This document shows positions 51,818 to 64,000 of a stretch of 64,000 nt of DNA, piece after piece (the stretch's first letter is position 1; every line of letters starts with the position of its first letter). The DNA is from Macrostomum lignano (taxonomy: Eukaryota): the NCBI GenBank assembly GCA_002269645.1, contig NIVC01001257.1, positions 186,001-250,000 on the forward strand, given 5' to 3'. A program made the translations under genes and the position numbers. The notes under the pieces were generated by a model. It saw only the letters and a list, made by a program, of their open reading frames with translations, did no database searches and was not told where the DNA came from.

Positions 51818-52160
51818 ATCTGACATCTGATCCTGGGATCTGACATTTGATCATGGGATCTGACATTTGATCATGGAATCTGACATCTGATCCTGGGATC
51901 TGACATTTGATCATGGGATCTGACATCTGATCATGGAATCTGACATCTGATCCTGGGATCTGACATTTAATCCTGGGATCTGACATTTAATCCTGGGATC
52001 TGACATCTGATCCTGGGATCTGACATTTAATCCTGGAATCTGACATTTAATCCTGGGATCTGACATTTAATCCTGGGATCCGACATTTAATCCTGGGATC
52101 TGACATTTGATTCTGGGATCTGACATTTGATTCTGGGATCTGACATTTGATTCTGGGATT
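51818..52160. repeat. 20-bp minisatellite (TCTGACATTTGATCCTGGGA)
   Basis: ~17 copies. Confidence 0.93.
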
Positions 52161-52334
52161 TTAACTGAGATCAAAGATGAAGGTGGTCAAAAATCTAAGA
52201 TTTGATTCCAGGATTATTGACCTTTGATCTGACTTTTGATTACGAGAGGCTGAGACCTGAACTTTGATCCCGGGGATGTGACCTTAAGTATCACATCCAT
52301 TATTGATTACACATGCCGTAATTGGGCTTTCTTT

Positions 52335-52682
52335 TAACAAAAGAAAAAAAAGAAATTACGTTTTTCGAATACTAATAATAATAGTTGATTACACCTGCCC
52401 CAGTTGGGCCAGATGTGCAAACGACAACTCAGCCGCATCTGAAGGCTGCGTTCGGCTGTTCAGTCCAAGGACTGGGGGGTTGCCACACTCCCTCAATTAT
52501 CCCAGCTAATGCTGGCACCCATTTTACAGCTGGGGTGAACTGAAGCAATGCAGAGTTAAATGTCTTGCTCAAGAACACAAAAAATTTGATCCCGGATCAG
52601 TGGTTTTAGCCTAGTGGTTAGAGCGTCAAAGTCACGACTTAATGTCGGGGGGTTCGATTCCCAATCCCTCGTAAACAATTTA
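52335..52682. mobile_element. CORE-like SINE copy with body on minus strand and tRNA head inverted onto plus strand
   Basis: Body 52335-52580 matches 26250-26515; head TAGCCTAGTGGTTAGAGCG..GGTTCGATTCCC..AACAATTT reads on + at ~52607-52682. Confidence 0.75.
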
Positions 52683-52724
52683 TCTTATAGACTTCTAATT
52701 TTGTTGCTGGCATCTACTTTTAAC

Positions 52725-52890
52725 CTTTGATCCCGGGGATCTGACCTTTGATCCCGGGGATCTGACATTTGATCCCGGGGATCTGACCTTTGATCCCGGG
52801 GATCTGACATTTGATCCCGGGGATCTGACATTTGATCCCGGGGATCTGACCTTTGATCCCGGGGATCTGACCTTTGATCCTGGGATCTAG
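52725..52890. repeat. 21-bp minisatellite (TCTGACCTTTGATCCCGGGGA)
   Basis: ~8 copies just upstream of UBE4A. Confidence 0.92.
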
Positions 52891-52987
52891 TCTTTGTTCC
52901 CGGCATCTTGAAGCTTTAAGTTTAAGCCAGCAGCTTTAAACACACTTGGGCCAGGTGTGCTCATCACTGACGCTAAACGCCTGTTTC

Positions 52988-55900
52988 ATGTCCTCGTTGA
53001 ATCCGTTCGCTGCTCTGGCAGCTGAGCAGCAGCAGTTGCAGCCGCAGCAGAGTCGGCACGATGTTTCGGACGCTCAGCACCGGTCTGCGTGCCGCCTGTG
53101 CTCCTCGCTGCACGCCCAGCTGGCGGACGAGCACCGTCGCGGCCTGCTGTGGAACTATGTCGTCGAGTACTGCTTCGGTGTCACCTTCGACTCCGAACGT
53201 GTCTCTGCAGTTCCGCTACCACCGACTGTTGCCCAGCCGAAGCATCTGGCCTCGCTGGCCGAAGTCTATCCGGACAGGCGGCTAATCGGACCGGACAGTT
53301 TCGGTGCGGCTCTGGCCGATCAGCTGCTCACTGCATCCGATGTTGTACTTTACAGCTTCCGTTGCTATGGCAACCTGACCGAGCTGGCCGACTCGCCTGT
53401 CGTTTTGCCGCCCGAATTGAAATCCGCGGCCGATCGTAGACTGTCCGAAATTGTGTCCGCCTGCCGGAGCCAGCTGACTGGCCAGCTGCGGGAGTACCTC
53501 GCCCAGCCGGACGTGCTCACCGAGTGCCAGCCGGAAGCCGCCGTCCGCCAGCTGCTCGATGTGGCTCTCAGACTGGGCGGCGACAGGCGCGAGCTGCCCC
53601 CGCTAGTGTCCGACTTTCTCTCGACCAGTCTGCCTAGCGGAGATGCCGACGAGAATGGCCCGGTTGTTAAACAGTTTGTCGCGAAAATTTGCGACGAAGT
53701 TATGCGAGACGAACGACATTTCGAATCGTTGCACTGCCCGCTGCTCACCGAGCAGAGGCTGATGCAGCTGCTCCGGCTGCTCGCCAGCCTCCCCACTTGC
53801 GCCAGGGCACTGCTGGCTGCGTCACGGCTGCGTCAGGTGGGATAAATGTTTTGTGTCTGAGGGGGTTCTTATATCCAAATTTTCAGATTGACATTCCCTG
53901 ATCCTCAAATCCTCAACCTGACATTCCCTGATCCTCAAATCCTCAATCTGACATTCCCTGATCCTCAAATCCTCAATCTGACATTCCCTGATCCTCAAAT
54001 CCTCAATCTGACATTCCCTGATCCTCAAATCCTCAATCTGACATTCCCTGATCCTCAAATCCTCAATCTGACATTCCCTGATCCTCAAATCCTCAATCTG
54101 ACATTCCCTGATCCTCAAATCCTCAATCTGACATTCCCTGATCCTCAAATCCTCAATCTGACATTCCCTGATCCTCAAATCCTCAACTTGACATTCCCTG
54201 ATCCTCAAATCCTCAATCTGACATTCCCTGATCCTCAAATCTGCCCCCCAAAATCCGAACAGCCGCTAGCGGAAGGCGCCGGTCGCCAGGCACAGGTAGG
54301 CACAGCATTGGGCCGGCTCCTGTCTCCAAGCGGCCTGCCCCAGCTGGGAGGCCTTCAACAGCCGGACTCGCTGTTCCCCTCGGCTAGCCAGATGACTCAA
54401 CAAGCCTACGACGCAGCCGAGCGCAGTCTGTGGGACCTGAGCGCAGCAAATCTGTCTCAGATTGTCTCAGTATTCAAAGCCCTATTCAGATCTGCTAGGC
54501 GCCAACTGCTGTTGTGGTTTGCCGAGTTTTTGGAGGCCAATTCTGGCAAGGCTAAGCTGGCCGCCAGGCATACGATGGACCCGGTAATGCTGGGCATGTC
54601 TTTTGCCAGCGACGGCTGCTGTTTGAACGCCTGTGCCGTGCTGCTCCAGCTGGCCGGGCCGCTGACTGACCCGGTGTCCGACCGCCTGCTGCTGGTGGAT
54701 CCCAGGTGAGATTTGATTCACTGGGATCTGACCTTCGATTCACTGGGATCTGACCATTGATTCACTGGGATCTAACCTTTGATTCACTAGAATCTGACCA
54801 TTGGTTCACTGGGATCTGAACATTGATTCACTGGGATCTGGCGTTTCATTCACTGGGATATGACCATTGATTCACTGGGATCTGACGTTTGATTCACTGG
54901 GATCTCACCATTGATTCACTGGGATCTGGCCATTTATTCACTGTGATCTGACCTTTGATTCACTGGGATCTGACCATTGATTCACTGGGATCTGGCGTTT
55001 CATTCACTGGGATATGACCATTGATTCACTGGGATCTGACGTTTGATTCACTGGGATCTCACCATTGATTCACTGGGATCTCACCATTGATTCACTGGGA
55101 TCTGGCCATTTATTCACTGTGATCTGACCTTTGATTCACTGGGATCTGACCATTGATTCACTGGGATCTGACCATTGATTCACTGGGATCTGACCATTGA
55201 TTCACTGGGATCTGACCATTGATTCACTGGAATCTGACCATTGATTCACTGGGATCTGACCATTGATTCACTGGGATCTGACCATTGATTCACTGGGATC
55301 TGACCTTTGATTCACTGGGATCTGACCATTGATTTACTGGGATCTGACCATTGATTTACTGGGATCTGACCATTGATTCACTGGGATCTGACCTTCGATT
55401 CACTGGGATCTGACCATTGATTCACTGGGATATGACCATTGATTCACTGGGATCTGACCTTTGATTCACTGGGATCTGACCATTGATTCACTGGGATCTG
55501 ACCTTTGATTCACTGTGATCTGACCTTTGATTCACTGGGATCTGACCTTTGATTCACTGGGATCTGACCTTTGATTCACTGGGATCTGACCATTGATTCA
55601 CTGGGATCTGACCATTGATTCACTGGGATCTGACCATTGATTGGGATCTGACCATTGATTCACTAGGATCTAACCTTTGATTCACTAGAATCTGACCATT
55701 GATTTACTGGGATCTGACCATTGATTCACTGGGATCTGACCATTGATTCACTGGGATCTGACCATTGATTCACTGGGATCTGACCATTGATTCACTGGGA
55801 TCTGACCATTGATTCACTAGGATCTGACCATTGATTCACTGGGATCTGACCATTGATTCACTGGGATCTGACCTTTGATTCACTGGGATCTGACCATTGA

Positions 55901-58900
55901 TTCACTGGGATCTGACCATTGATTTACTGGGATCTGACCATTGATTCACTGGGATCTGACCTTCGATTCACTGGGATCTGACCATTGATTTACTGGGATC
56001 TGACCTTTGATTCACTGGGATCTGACCTTTGATTCACTGGGATCTGACCATTAATTTACTGTGATCTGACCATTGATTCACTGGGATCTGACCTTTGATT
56101 CACTGGGATCTGACCATTGATTCACTGGGATCTGACCTTTGATTCACTGGGATCTGACCATTGATTCACTGGGATCTGACCATTGATTCACTGGGATCTG
56201 ACCATTAATTTTCTATCTACATCGATATTGAATAGCAATTTTTAGAATATATATTTGAAAGGGATCTATCAGGGATCTGTCATATCCTATCCCCGGGATC
56301 TATAAAGTGACGTTCCTACCACCATCCCACAGGTATGTTCGCAGCGACCTGTGCCCCCTGCGCACCCTGTCCAAAGAGACTTCCCTATCTGGCAGCATCG
56401 GTGGCAGCGCCTCGTCGCCTTCGGACTCGACCGCCGCCTCCTTCAACGCCGAAGCCCCCACCGATCCGCCACACGTGCTGACTGAGCTGTTCTTTCTCTG
56501 CCAGCGGGGCGTTCGACTGGGGTTTGCATTGGCCTGCGAACAACTGCAGGAGGTAAATTAGTTAGTCAGTCAGTCAGTCAGTCAGTCAGTCAGTCAGTCA
56601 GTCAGTCAGTCAGTCAGTCAGTCAGTCAGTCAGTCAGTCAGTCAGTCAGTCAGTCAGTCAGTCAGTCAGTCAGTCAGTCAGTCAGTCAGTCAGTCAGTCA
56701 GTCAGTCAGTCAGTTAGTCAGTCAGTCAGTCAGTCAGTCAGTCAGTCAGTCAGTCAGTCAGTCAGTCAGTCAGTCAGTCAGTCAGTCAGTCAGTCAGTCA
56801 GTCAGTCAGTCAGTCAGTCAGTCAGTCAGTCAGTCAGTCAGTCAGTCAGTCAGTCAGTCAGTCAGTCAGTCAGTCAGTCAGTCAGTCAGTCAGTCAGCCA
56901 GTCAGCCAGTCAGTTACCTGAAGGTGAATTCACACCCGCAGGTGCAGCAGCAGCTGGGCCGGCTCCAGCACGCCGTGCAGCAGCACCAGCAGATGCCGCA
57001 GGGCCACCCGGCCATGGCCTCCCACACCGCAGCCCTGGAGCGGCTCACAGCGCATTACCTGGCTCACCGGGCCAGCCTGAGGTCGCCAGCTCTGCTGGAT
57101 CCTCTCCTAGGCTTCCTGCTGGCTACCTCGCGCCTGCTCACGCACTTCGCATTGGCGCCGGCGCCAACCCTTGAGGCGCCGGGAGCTCCGACCAGATGGA
57201 GCCGCCTGCCCGAGGGCGATCACGGCATCATTGATGCCTGCAGCGATGGCTGCTGGTGGCTGCAGAGGCTGCCGGAATCGCTGGCTGAAGGCGTTGTCCA
57301 GTGCGCCCTGTTCTTCCGTCAGCAGCGGCCGGACATGCTGGAGATGTGTCCGCATTCGCTGGAGCCGCTGTTCACCTTCCTGCTGCTGTTTATGGGCTGT
57401 CCGAGGCTGCTGCGCAATCCGCATCTCAGGGCCAGTCTGGCCGAGGGCCTCTGCGCCCTGTGCCCCCTGCCGAGCGAGGAGGGTGCTCCGCAGGTGTGCA
57501 TTCACCAACTCCGTTATGCCATTCACCAACTCCGTTATGCCATTCACCAGTCCGTTATGCCATTCACCAACTCCGTTATGCCATTCACCAACTCCGTTAT
57601 GCCATTCACCAACTCCGTTATGCCATTCACCCGTTATGCCATTCACCAGCTCAGTTATGCCATTCACTAACTTTGCTATGCCATTCACCAACTCCGTTAT
57701 GCCATTCACCAACTCCGTTATGCCATTCACTAGCTTTGCTATGCCATTCACCAACTCCGTTATGCCATTCACCAACTCCATTATGCCATTCACCAACTCC
57801 GTTATGCCATTCACCAACTCCGTTATGCCATTCACCAACTCCTTTATGCCATTCACCAACTCCGTTATGCCATTCACTAACTTTGCTATGCCATTCACCA
57901 ACTCCGTTATGCCATTCACCAACTCCATTATGCCATTCACCAACTCCGTTATGCCATTCACCAACTCCGTTATGCCATTCACCAACTCCTTTATGCCATT
58001 CACCAACTTCGTTATGCCATTCACCCGTTATGCCATTCACCCGTTATGCCATTCACCCGTTATGCCATTCACCAGCTCAGTTATGCCATTCACTAACTTT
58101 GCTATGCCATTCACCAACTCCGTTATGCCATTCACCAACTCCGTTATGCCATTCACTAACTTTGCTATGCCATTCACCAACTCCGTTATGCCATTCACCA
58201 ACTCCGTTATGCCATTCACCATCTCCATTATGCCATTCACCAACTCCGTTATGCCATTCACCAACTCCGTTATGCCATTCACCAGCTCCATTATGCCATT
58301 CACCAACTCCTTGATATTCACTTTACCTTATACTATTCACCAAACCCATTCCATTTACCAACAGGTGCCAACTCACCGCAGGGAGCAGCTGCTGGCCTCG
58401 CACCCGCTGGCGCAGCAGACGGCGGCCTCTCTCCTAAGCGTATTCGTCAGCATTGAACTGTCAGGCGAGTCGGTGCAATTCGAGATGAAGTTCAGCTACC
58501 GCAGGCCCATGTACTCCGTGCTGCGCTGTCTCTGGTCCATGCCAGCTCACCGCGACCGCCTGTGCCTCCTGGCGCGTCAGGCAATGCGGCATCTGGACGA
58601 CGCCGAGGCGCCTTTGTTTCTGAAATTTCTCAATCTGCTGCTCAACGATGCCACGTTTCTGTTGGACGAGGCGCTGAGCTACCTGACCCAGCTGAAAACC
58701 CTTGAGGTTCAACGGCAGGACGGCGCCTGGCCCGATGCTGGTGGCCAGAGGGAGCGGGAGGAGGCCGAGTCCCAGTTTCTGCACACTGCCAGGTGCTGGG
58801 CGATGGCTCTAGTTTATCCCCACATAATTAACTTGAATCCGAAATCCCTGAACCCAGAATCTGAGATCTAACCCCTAATTCCAATCCCCTAACCCAAATC

Positions 58901-61048
58901 CCGAATCCCCTGATCCATGCCCTCCTAATCCCGGATTCCCGAATCCCAAATCCACTTAACCCTAATCCCAAATCCCCAAATGCCAAATCCCCTAATCTTA
59001 AATCCCCTAATCCCAAATCATCTAATCTGAAATCCCCTAATCCGAAATCCCCTAATCTTAAATCCCCTAATCCCAAATCCCCTAATCTCATATCCCCCAA
59101 TCCCAAATCCCCTAATGACAAATCCCTTAATCCCAAATAATCTAATCCGAAATCCCCTAATCCCAAATCCCCTAATCCCAAATCCTAATTCAAAATCCAC
59201 TAATCCGTTATCCCAAATCCCAAACCCCCTAACCCTAATCTCAAACTCCTTAACCCCTAACCCCTAATCCTCAATCTTCTAATCCCAAATCAACTAATCC
59301 TAGATCCCAGATCTCATATTCCCGTACGCCTAATTCCTAATCCCGTATGCTTCTTTAACACTTTAAGGGCTACCTCCCCCGATTACCAAATCCTTTAACC
59401 GGCATCGCAAAAACCAGTTTCTCCAAGTCGAACTCGTTAATCCCCTAGCCATTAATCCTAAATCCCCATATTCAGAACTCCTAAACTCCGCATCCCCAAA
59501 TCGATCCCCAACCCGCAGGCTGACCAGATTTCACAACCAGCTCAGCCAGGACACTCTGCAGGCGCTGGAACTGCTGACAGAAGCTCCGGACGTCCTGTCC
59601 GTCCTGCTGCACCCGATGCTGGCCGACCGAGTGGCCGGCACGCTGAACTACTTCCTGGCCCACCTGGCCGGTCCCAAGCGAAGCGAGCTGACCGTGCGCG
59701 ACAAAGCCGCTTATCAATTCCGGCCGCGCGAACTGCTGGCCTCAATCTGCCGGCTGCTGGTGAACCTGAGCAGCGGCGGGGAGCCGTTCCTGTCTGCCGT
59801 GGTGCGGGACAGCCGGTCATACTCGCCCGGCCTCATGCAGTCCGCCGCCCAGCTGCTCGGACGGGTGGCCGATCCGGGACTGGCCAATTCTTTTGCCGAG
59901 TTTGCCGAGCAGGCCAGGTAGATTGCCTCCCAGAAGTGCAGGGGCTCTGGGGGTTGTTAAGGGATTAAGTGTCAGAGAATTAAAAGGTGTCAGGAAGTTG
60001 GACGTGTCAGAACCTTGTCAGGGTTTAGAGGTGTCTTGTATTGGGATGTCAGGAGATTAGAGGTGTCAGGAGCTGGAGGTGTCAGGAGATTGGAGGTGTC
60101 AGGAGATTGGAGGTGTCAGGAGCTGGAGGTGTCAGTAGTTGGAGGCGTCAGGAGCTGGAGATGTCAGGAGATTGGAGGTGTCAGGAGCTGGAAGTGTCAG
60201 TAGTTGGAGGCGTCAGGAGCTGGAGATGTCAGTAGTTGGAGGCGTCAGGAGCTGGAGATGTCAGGAGTTGGAGGTGTCAGGAGCTGGAGGTGTCAGTAGT
60301 TGGAGGTGTCAGTAGTTTGAGGTGTCAGTAGTTGGAGGCGTCAGGAGCTTGAGGTGTCAGTAGTTGGAGGCGTCAGGAGCTTGAGGTATCAGAAGCTGGA
60401 ATTGTCAGGAGCTCGAGGTGTCAGTAGTTGGAGGTGTCAGTAGTTTGAGGTGTCAGTAGTTGGAGGCGTCAGGAGCTTGAGGTGTCAGTAGTTGGAGGCG
60501 TCAGGAGCTTGAGGTGTCAGAAGCTGGAATTGTCAGGAGCTCGAGGTGTCAGTAGTTAGAGGTGTCAGTAGTTGGAGGCGTCAGGAGCTGGAGATGTCAG
60601 AAGCTGGAGGTGTCAGGAGATAAAAGTTGTCAGGAGATTGGAGGTGTCAGTAGTTGGGGGTGTCAGGTGTCAGGAAACTCAAGGTGTCAGGAGACTCAGG
60701 GTGTCAGACGCCTAAAATATGAAGTTTCCAGGTGAGTGAAGTGCTATTAATCTCTGCTCTCCCACCCTACCCCTGCGCAGACTGGCCGAAGCGGCGCGTC
60801 AAGCCGAGGACGAAAGCGCGGAGGACGCGCCGGACGAGTTCTTGGATCCCATAATGGGATCGCTGATGCGAGACCCGGTCGTGCTGCCCTCGTCGCGGGT
60901 CACGGTGGACAGGGCTACCATTCAGCGCCACCTGCTGTCGGACCCCACCGACCCGTTCAATAGGCAGCCGCTCACCATGTCGGAGATTATTGAGGACGCC
61001 GACCTGCGCGATCGGGTGCGGGACTGGCTGGCGTCAAGGAGAAAGTGA
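52988..61048 (+). CDS. UBE4A: Ubiquitin conjugation factor E4 A (Ufd2-family U-box ligase, ~1052 aa). Exons 52988-53836, 54263-54705, 56333-56552, 56942-57493, 58365-58792, 59519-59917, 60781-61048
   Basis: [22 protein letters not shown] (A-type), [33 protein letters not shown]-box [16 protein letters not shown]; all GT-AG, 3159 nt in frame. Confidence 0.93.
53888..54243. repeat. 30-bp minisatellite x12 (UBE4A intron 1)
   Basis: ACATTCCCTGATCCTCAAATCCTCAATCTG. Confidence 0.95.
54710..56210. repeat. 22-bp minisatellite (UBE4A intron 2), ~68 copies
   Basis: ACCATTGATTCACTGGGATCTG. Confidence 0.95.
56558..56915. repeat. (CAGT)n microsatellite (UBE4A intron 3)
   Basis: Direct. Confidence 0.97.
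57500..58315. repeat. 21-bp minisatellite (UBE4A intron 4)
   Basis: CCATTCACCAACTCCGTTATG. Confidence 0.95.
58830..59480. repeat. Degenerate C-rich ~15-bp repeat (AAATCCCCTAATCCC), telomere-like (UBE4A intron 5)
   Basis: Recurring CCCTAA/CCCAAATC units. Confidence 0.85.
59985..60710. repeat. 16-17-bp minisatellite GGAGGTGTCAG(TAGTT/GAGCT) (UBE4A intron 6)
   Basis: Direct. Confidence 0.92.
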
Positions 61049-61069
61049 TAAGGGGTGTTTCTGATATGA

Positions 61070-61690
61070 GATTCTAATTAGATGTCTATGGGATTCTGAT
61101 TAGATGTCTATAGGATTCTGATTAGATGTCTATGGGATTCTGATTAGATGTCTATAGGATTCTGATTAGATGTCTATGGGATTCTGATTAGATGTCTATA
61201 GGATTCTGATTAGATGTCTATGGGATTCTAATTAGATGTCTATGGGATTCTGATTAGATGTCTACGGGATTCTGATTAGATATCTATGGGATTCTGATTA
61301 GATGTCTATGGGATTCTGATTAGATGTCTATGGGATTCTGATTAGATGTCTATGGGATTCTGATTAGATGTCTATGGCATTCTGATTAGATGTCTATGGG
61401 ATTCTGATTAGATGTCTATGGGATTCTGATTAGATGTTTATGGGATTCTGATTAGATGTCTATGGGATTCTGATTAGATGTCTATGGGATTCTGATTAGA
61501 TGTCTATGGGATTCTGATTGGTTGTCTATGGGATTATGATTAGATGTCTACGGGATTCTGATTAGATATCTATGGGATTCTGATTAGATGTCTATGGGAT
61601 TCTGATTAGATGTCTATGGGATTCTGATTAGATGTCTATGGGATTCTGATTGGATGTCTATGGGATTCTGATTAGATGTCTATGGGATTC
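61070..61690. repeat. 22-bp minisatellite (GATTCTGATTAGATGTCTATGG) right after the UBE4A stop
   Basis: ~28 copies. Confidence 0.95.
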
Positions 61691-62039
61691 TTAAATCGCC
61701 CATTCCTCTTGCAGATACATCTACTCGTACCTGCTCGAACGCTCGTACTTACAAGTAGCAAAAGTAGTTTTTTGGTGTCAAATTTTATTTAATTGTATTT
61801 TCAAACATAGTTTTAATATATCCGAATTTTGCATCTTATTGTACGTCATTGGATTGTACTTGTTACAACTATAAAAAGAAACTATTCATTGATCATAGTT
61901 GTATTGTCAATCATAATGCAATTCAGTTTTCATACTCAGCCAAAATTTGTGTTTGACTTCTTTTAATGCGTGTTTTGCCTGCTTAACAAATTTTTAACTG
62001 TTTTATTTCCATGTTTGCTATGATCCATTACTACTAGAG

Positions 62040-62510
62040 AGGTGAGATTTCAGAGGGATGAGATGTCAGAGAGCTGAGATTTTAATGGGCTGAGATATCA
62101 GTACGGTAGGATGTCAGAAGTGTGAGATGTCAGTAGGGTGAGATGTCAGTAGGGTGAGATGTCAGTAGGGTGAGATGTCAGTAGGGTGAGATGTCAGTAG
62201 GGTGAGATGTCAGTAGGGTGAGATGTCAGTAGGGTGAGATGTCAGTATGGTGAGATGTCAGTAGGGTGAGATGTCAGTAGGGTGAGATGTCAGTAGGGTG
62301 AGATGTCAGTAGGGTGAGATGTCAGTAGGGTGAGATGTCAGTAGGGTGAGATGTCAGTAGGGTGAGATTTCAGAGGGGTGAGATGTCAGTACGGTGATAT
62401 TTTAAAAGTGTAAGATTCCAGTAAGGTGAGATGTCAGTAGGGTGAGACGTCAGTAGGGTGAGATGTCAGTAAGGTGAGATGTCAGTAGGGCGAGATGTCA
62501 GTATGAGTAG
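62040..62510. repeat. 16-bp minisatellite (GATGTCAGTAGGGTGA)
   Basis: Homogeneous centre, degenerate edges. Confidence 0.93.
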
Positions 62511-63714
62511 GTTAAGATTATTTGCTAAACTGTTTTTATAGTCATAGTATTTTCTGTTTTCTAAAAACTATTTTTTTCAATTGCTGCATGAGAAGTTAGC
62601 AGTGATCCTGCGTTGTTTGTCAATACTACTAGGTTTGAGATAATAATATACTATACTACTGCTGATAGTAGTACAGAGAGAATTCTATTCAGATAAAGTT
62701 GAAGTAGTGACCAGCTTCACTAACAAGCCTGTCTGGTACAGCAGTTGGCGCAGCGACGGCGCAATTTTCGGGAAACTGATGGGAGTCCCTGGCCACAATA
62801 ATCTGCTACAAAGCTTCGATCTTCTTATCGCTTTGCTGTCTCAGCTGGGGAGAAGGCAAAGAATTAAGAATGAGCAATGGCCCGCCCCCCGGGGCGAAGC
62901 GCAATTATAGAGAAATGGATGAATTGCTGCCATCGGCATCTACTCAGCACTGCAGTTTGCCATTGTGCCGTACGAGACCGGGGGGGGGGGGGGTGCGAGG
63001 CCAGATTTCGCCAAGCACTAATCGATGGAGGCATGATTTACAGCCTTGGCTGTTTGTGCGCTCCTGTCTTTCGGATTCAGGCTTTGTGGGGGGGGGGGGC
63101 TACACGAGAATAATTGAGCTCTTTGGTTCGCTGGTTTGAGTCCTTGGAAATTTCCTACATTCGTGCCATTTACATTTTTGCGAGAACAATGGTGGGGTAA
63201 CTTAGGCTGTGGTTTCATGCGGATTAAAAGTTAGACATTCTAACAGGTGCGATTTACATGTATAGACATCGGATTTACATTCGAGCAAGTGCTATTTTTA
63301 CATTTGACTGGCGGATGAGTTCGAATAGCACATGACAGGCATCAATTTTCATTGTTCTGGAGAAAAATTGCTTTTTTGATTTCAGCTTAGAATTTCGACG
63401 GAGAGAAATTATGACACTTCCAAATATGGAAACTGCAGTCCAGGAGGCTGCTTCATGCTCCGGCACTTGTTGATTACAACAGCTGGTAGAGTGCCCGGGT
63501 TTTAATTAAATCGATTCAAGCAAATCAAAAGGTGCAGTACCGACAGAAGCAATCAGCTTAATGGATTTCCGTACACAGCTACTGCACGCAGCCGACTATC
63601 ACTGAAAATGGCATTTCAACTTAAAATCTTAAAACCGAGAACAATGAGCGTTGTAAATTAAAATGCTTTTTCATTGCATTAAAATGGCCTTTCAGTTTTC
63701 GGCCGCAAAGTTTC

Positions 63715-64000
63715 ATGACAAAGAATGGATTACTAATCTGGCCAGCATCACTGATGAGGGAGTAAAATGGATTGCTAATCTAGCCAGAATCACTGATGAA
63801 GGAATAGAATGGATTGCTAATGTAGCCAGCATCACTGATGAAGGAATAGAATGGATTGCTAATGTAGCCAGCATCACTGATGAAGGAATAGAATGGATTG
63901 CTAATGTAGCCAGCATCACTGATGAAGGAATAGAATGGATTGCTAATCTAGCCAGCATCACTGATGAAGGAATAGAATGGATTGCTAATCTAGCCAACAT
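63715..64000. repeat. 42-bp minisatellite, same family as 660-1105, cut by window edge
   Basis: GGATTGCTAATCTAGCCAGCATCACTGATGAAGGAATAGAAT. Confidence 0.95.

Noticed and set aside
62700-63620. Possible terminal exons of a minus-strand gene (strong acceptor TTCTCCCCAG at ~62845)
   Set aside because: Frames are short and no product can be assigned within the window.

Overview
Eukaryotic (animal) genomic DNA with GC-rich exons and minisatellite-filled introns. The style suggests a free-living flatworm such as Macrostomum; this is an inference, not a database result. Six genes could be modelled with frame-consistent splice sites, plus two intronless ORFs making up part of that set: an ankyrin+armadillo protein (ANKAR-like, minus, 5' end unresolved), an intronless C-type lectin/PAN protein, two tandem diverged 4-exon ABCA transporters (minus), a signal-peptide-bearing rhodopsin-type GPCR (minus), intronless LSM14 and a 7-exon UBE4A (seven genes in total). 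Mobile DNA: a defective Ty3/gypsy element inserted exactly into a splice donor, a Penelope-like fragment with a hammerhead-like motif interrupted by a non-autonomous PIF/Harbinger element, tRNA-derived SINEs and MITE/Helentron-like remnants. About 25 tandem arrays are present. The most unusual signal is a ~2 kb domain (46.7-48.7 kb) with only 2 CpG, in which several unrelated repeats have all decayed by C>T/G>A changes, many at CpA, a pattern resembling methylation-driven or RIP-like hypermutation. Also notable are a double-degenerate but intact ABCA and a shared AGATGTC core across unrelated minisatellites.
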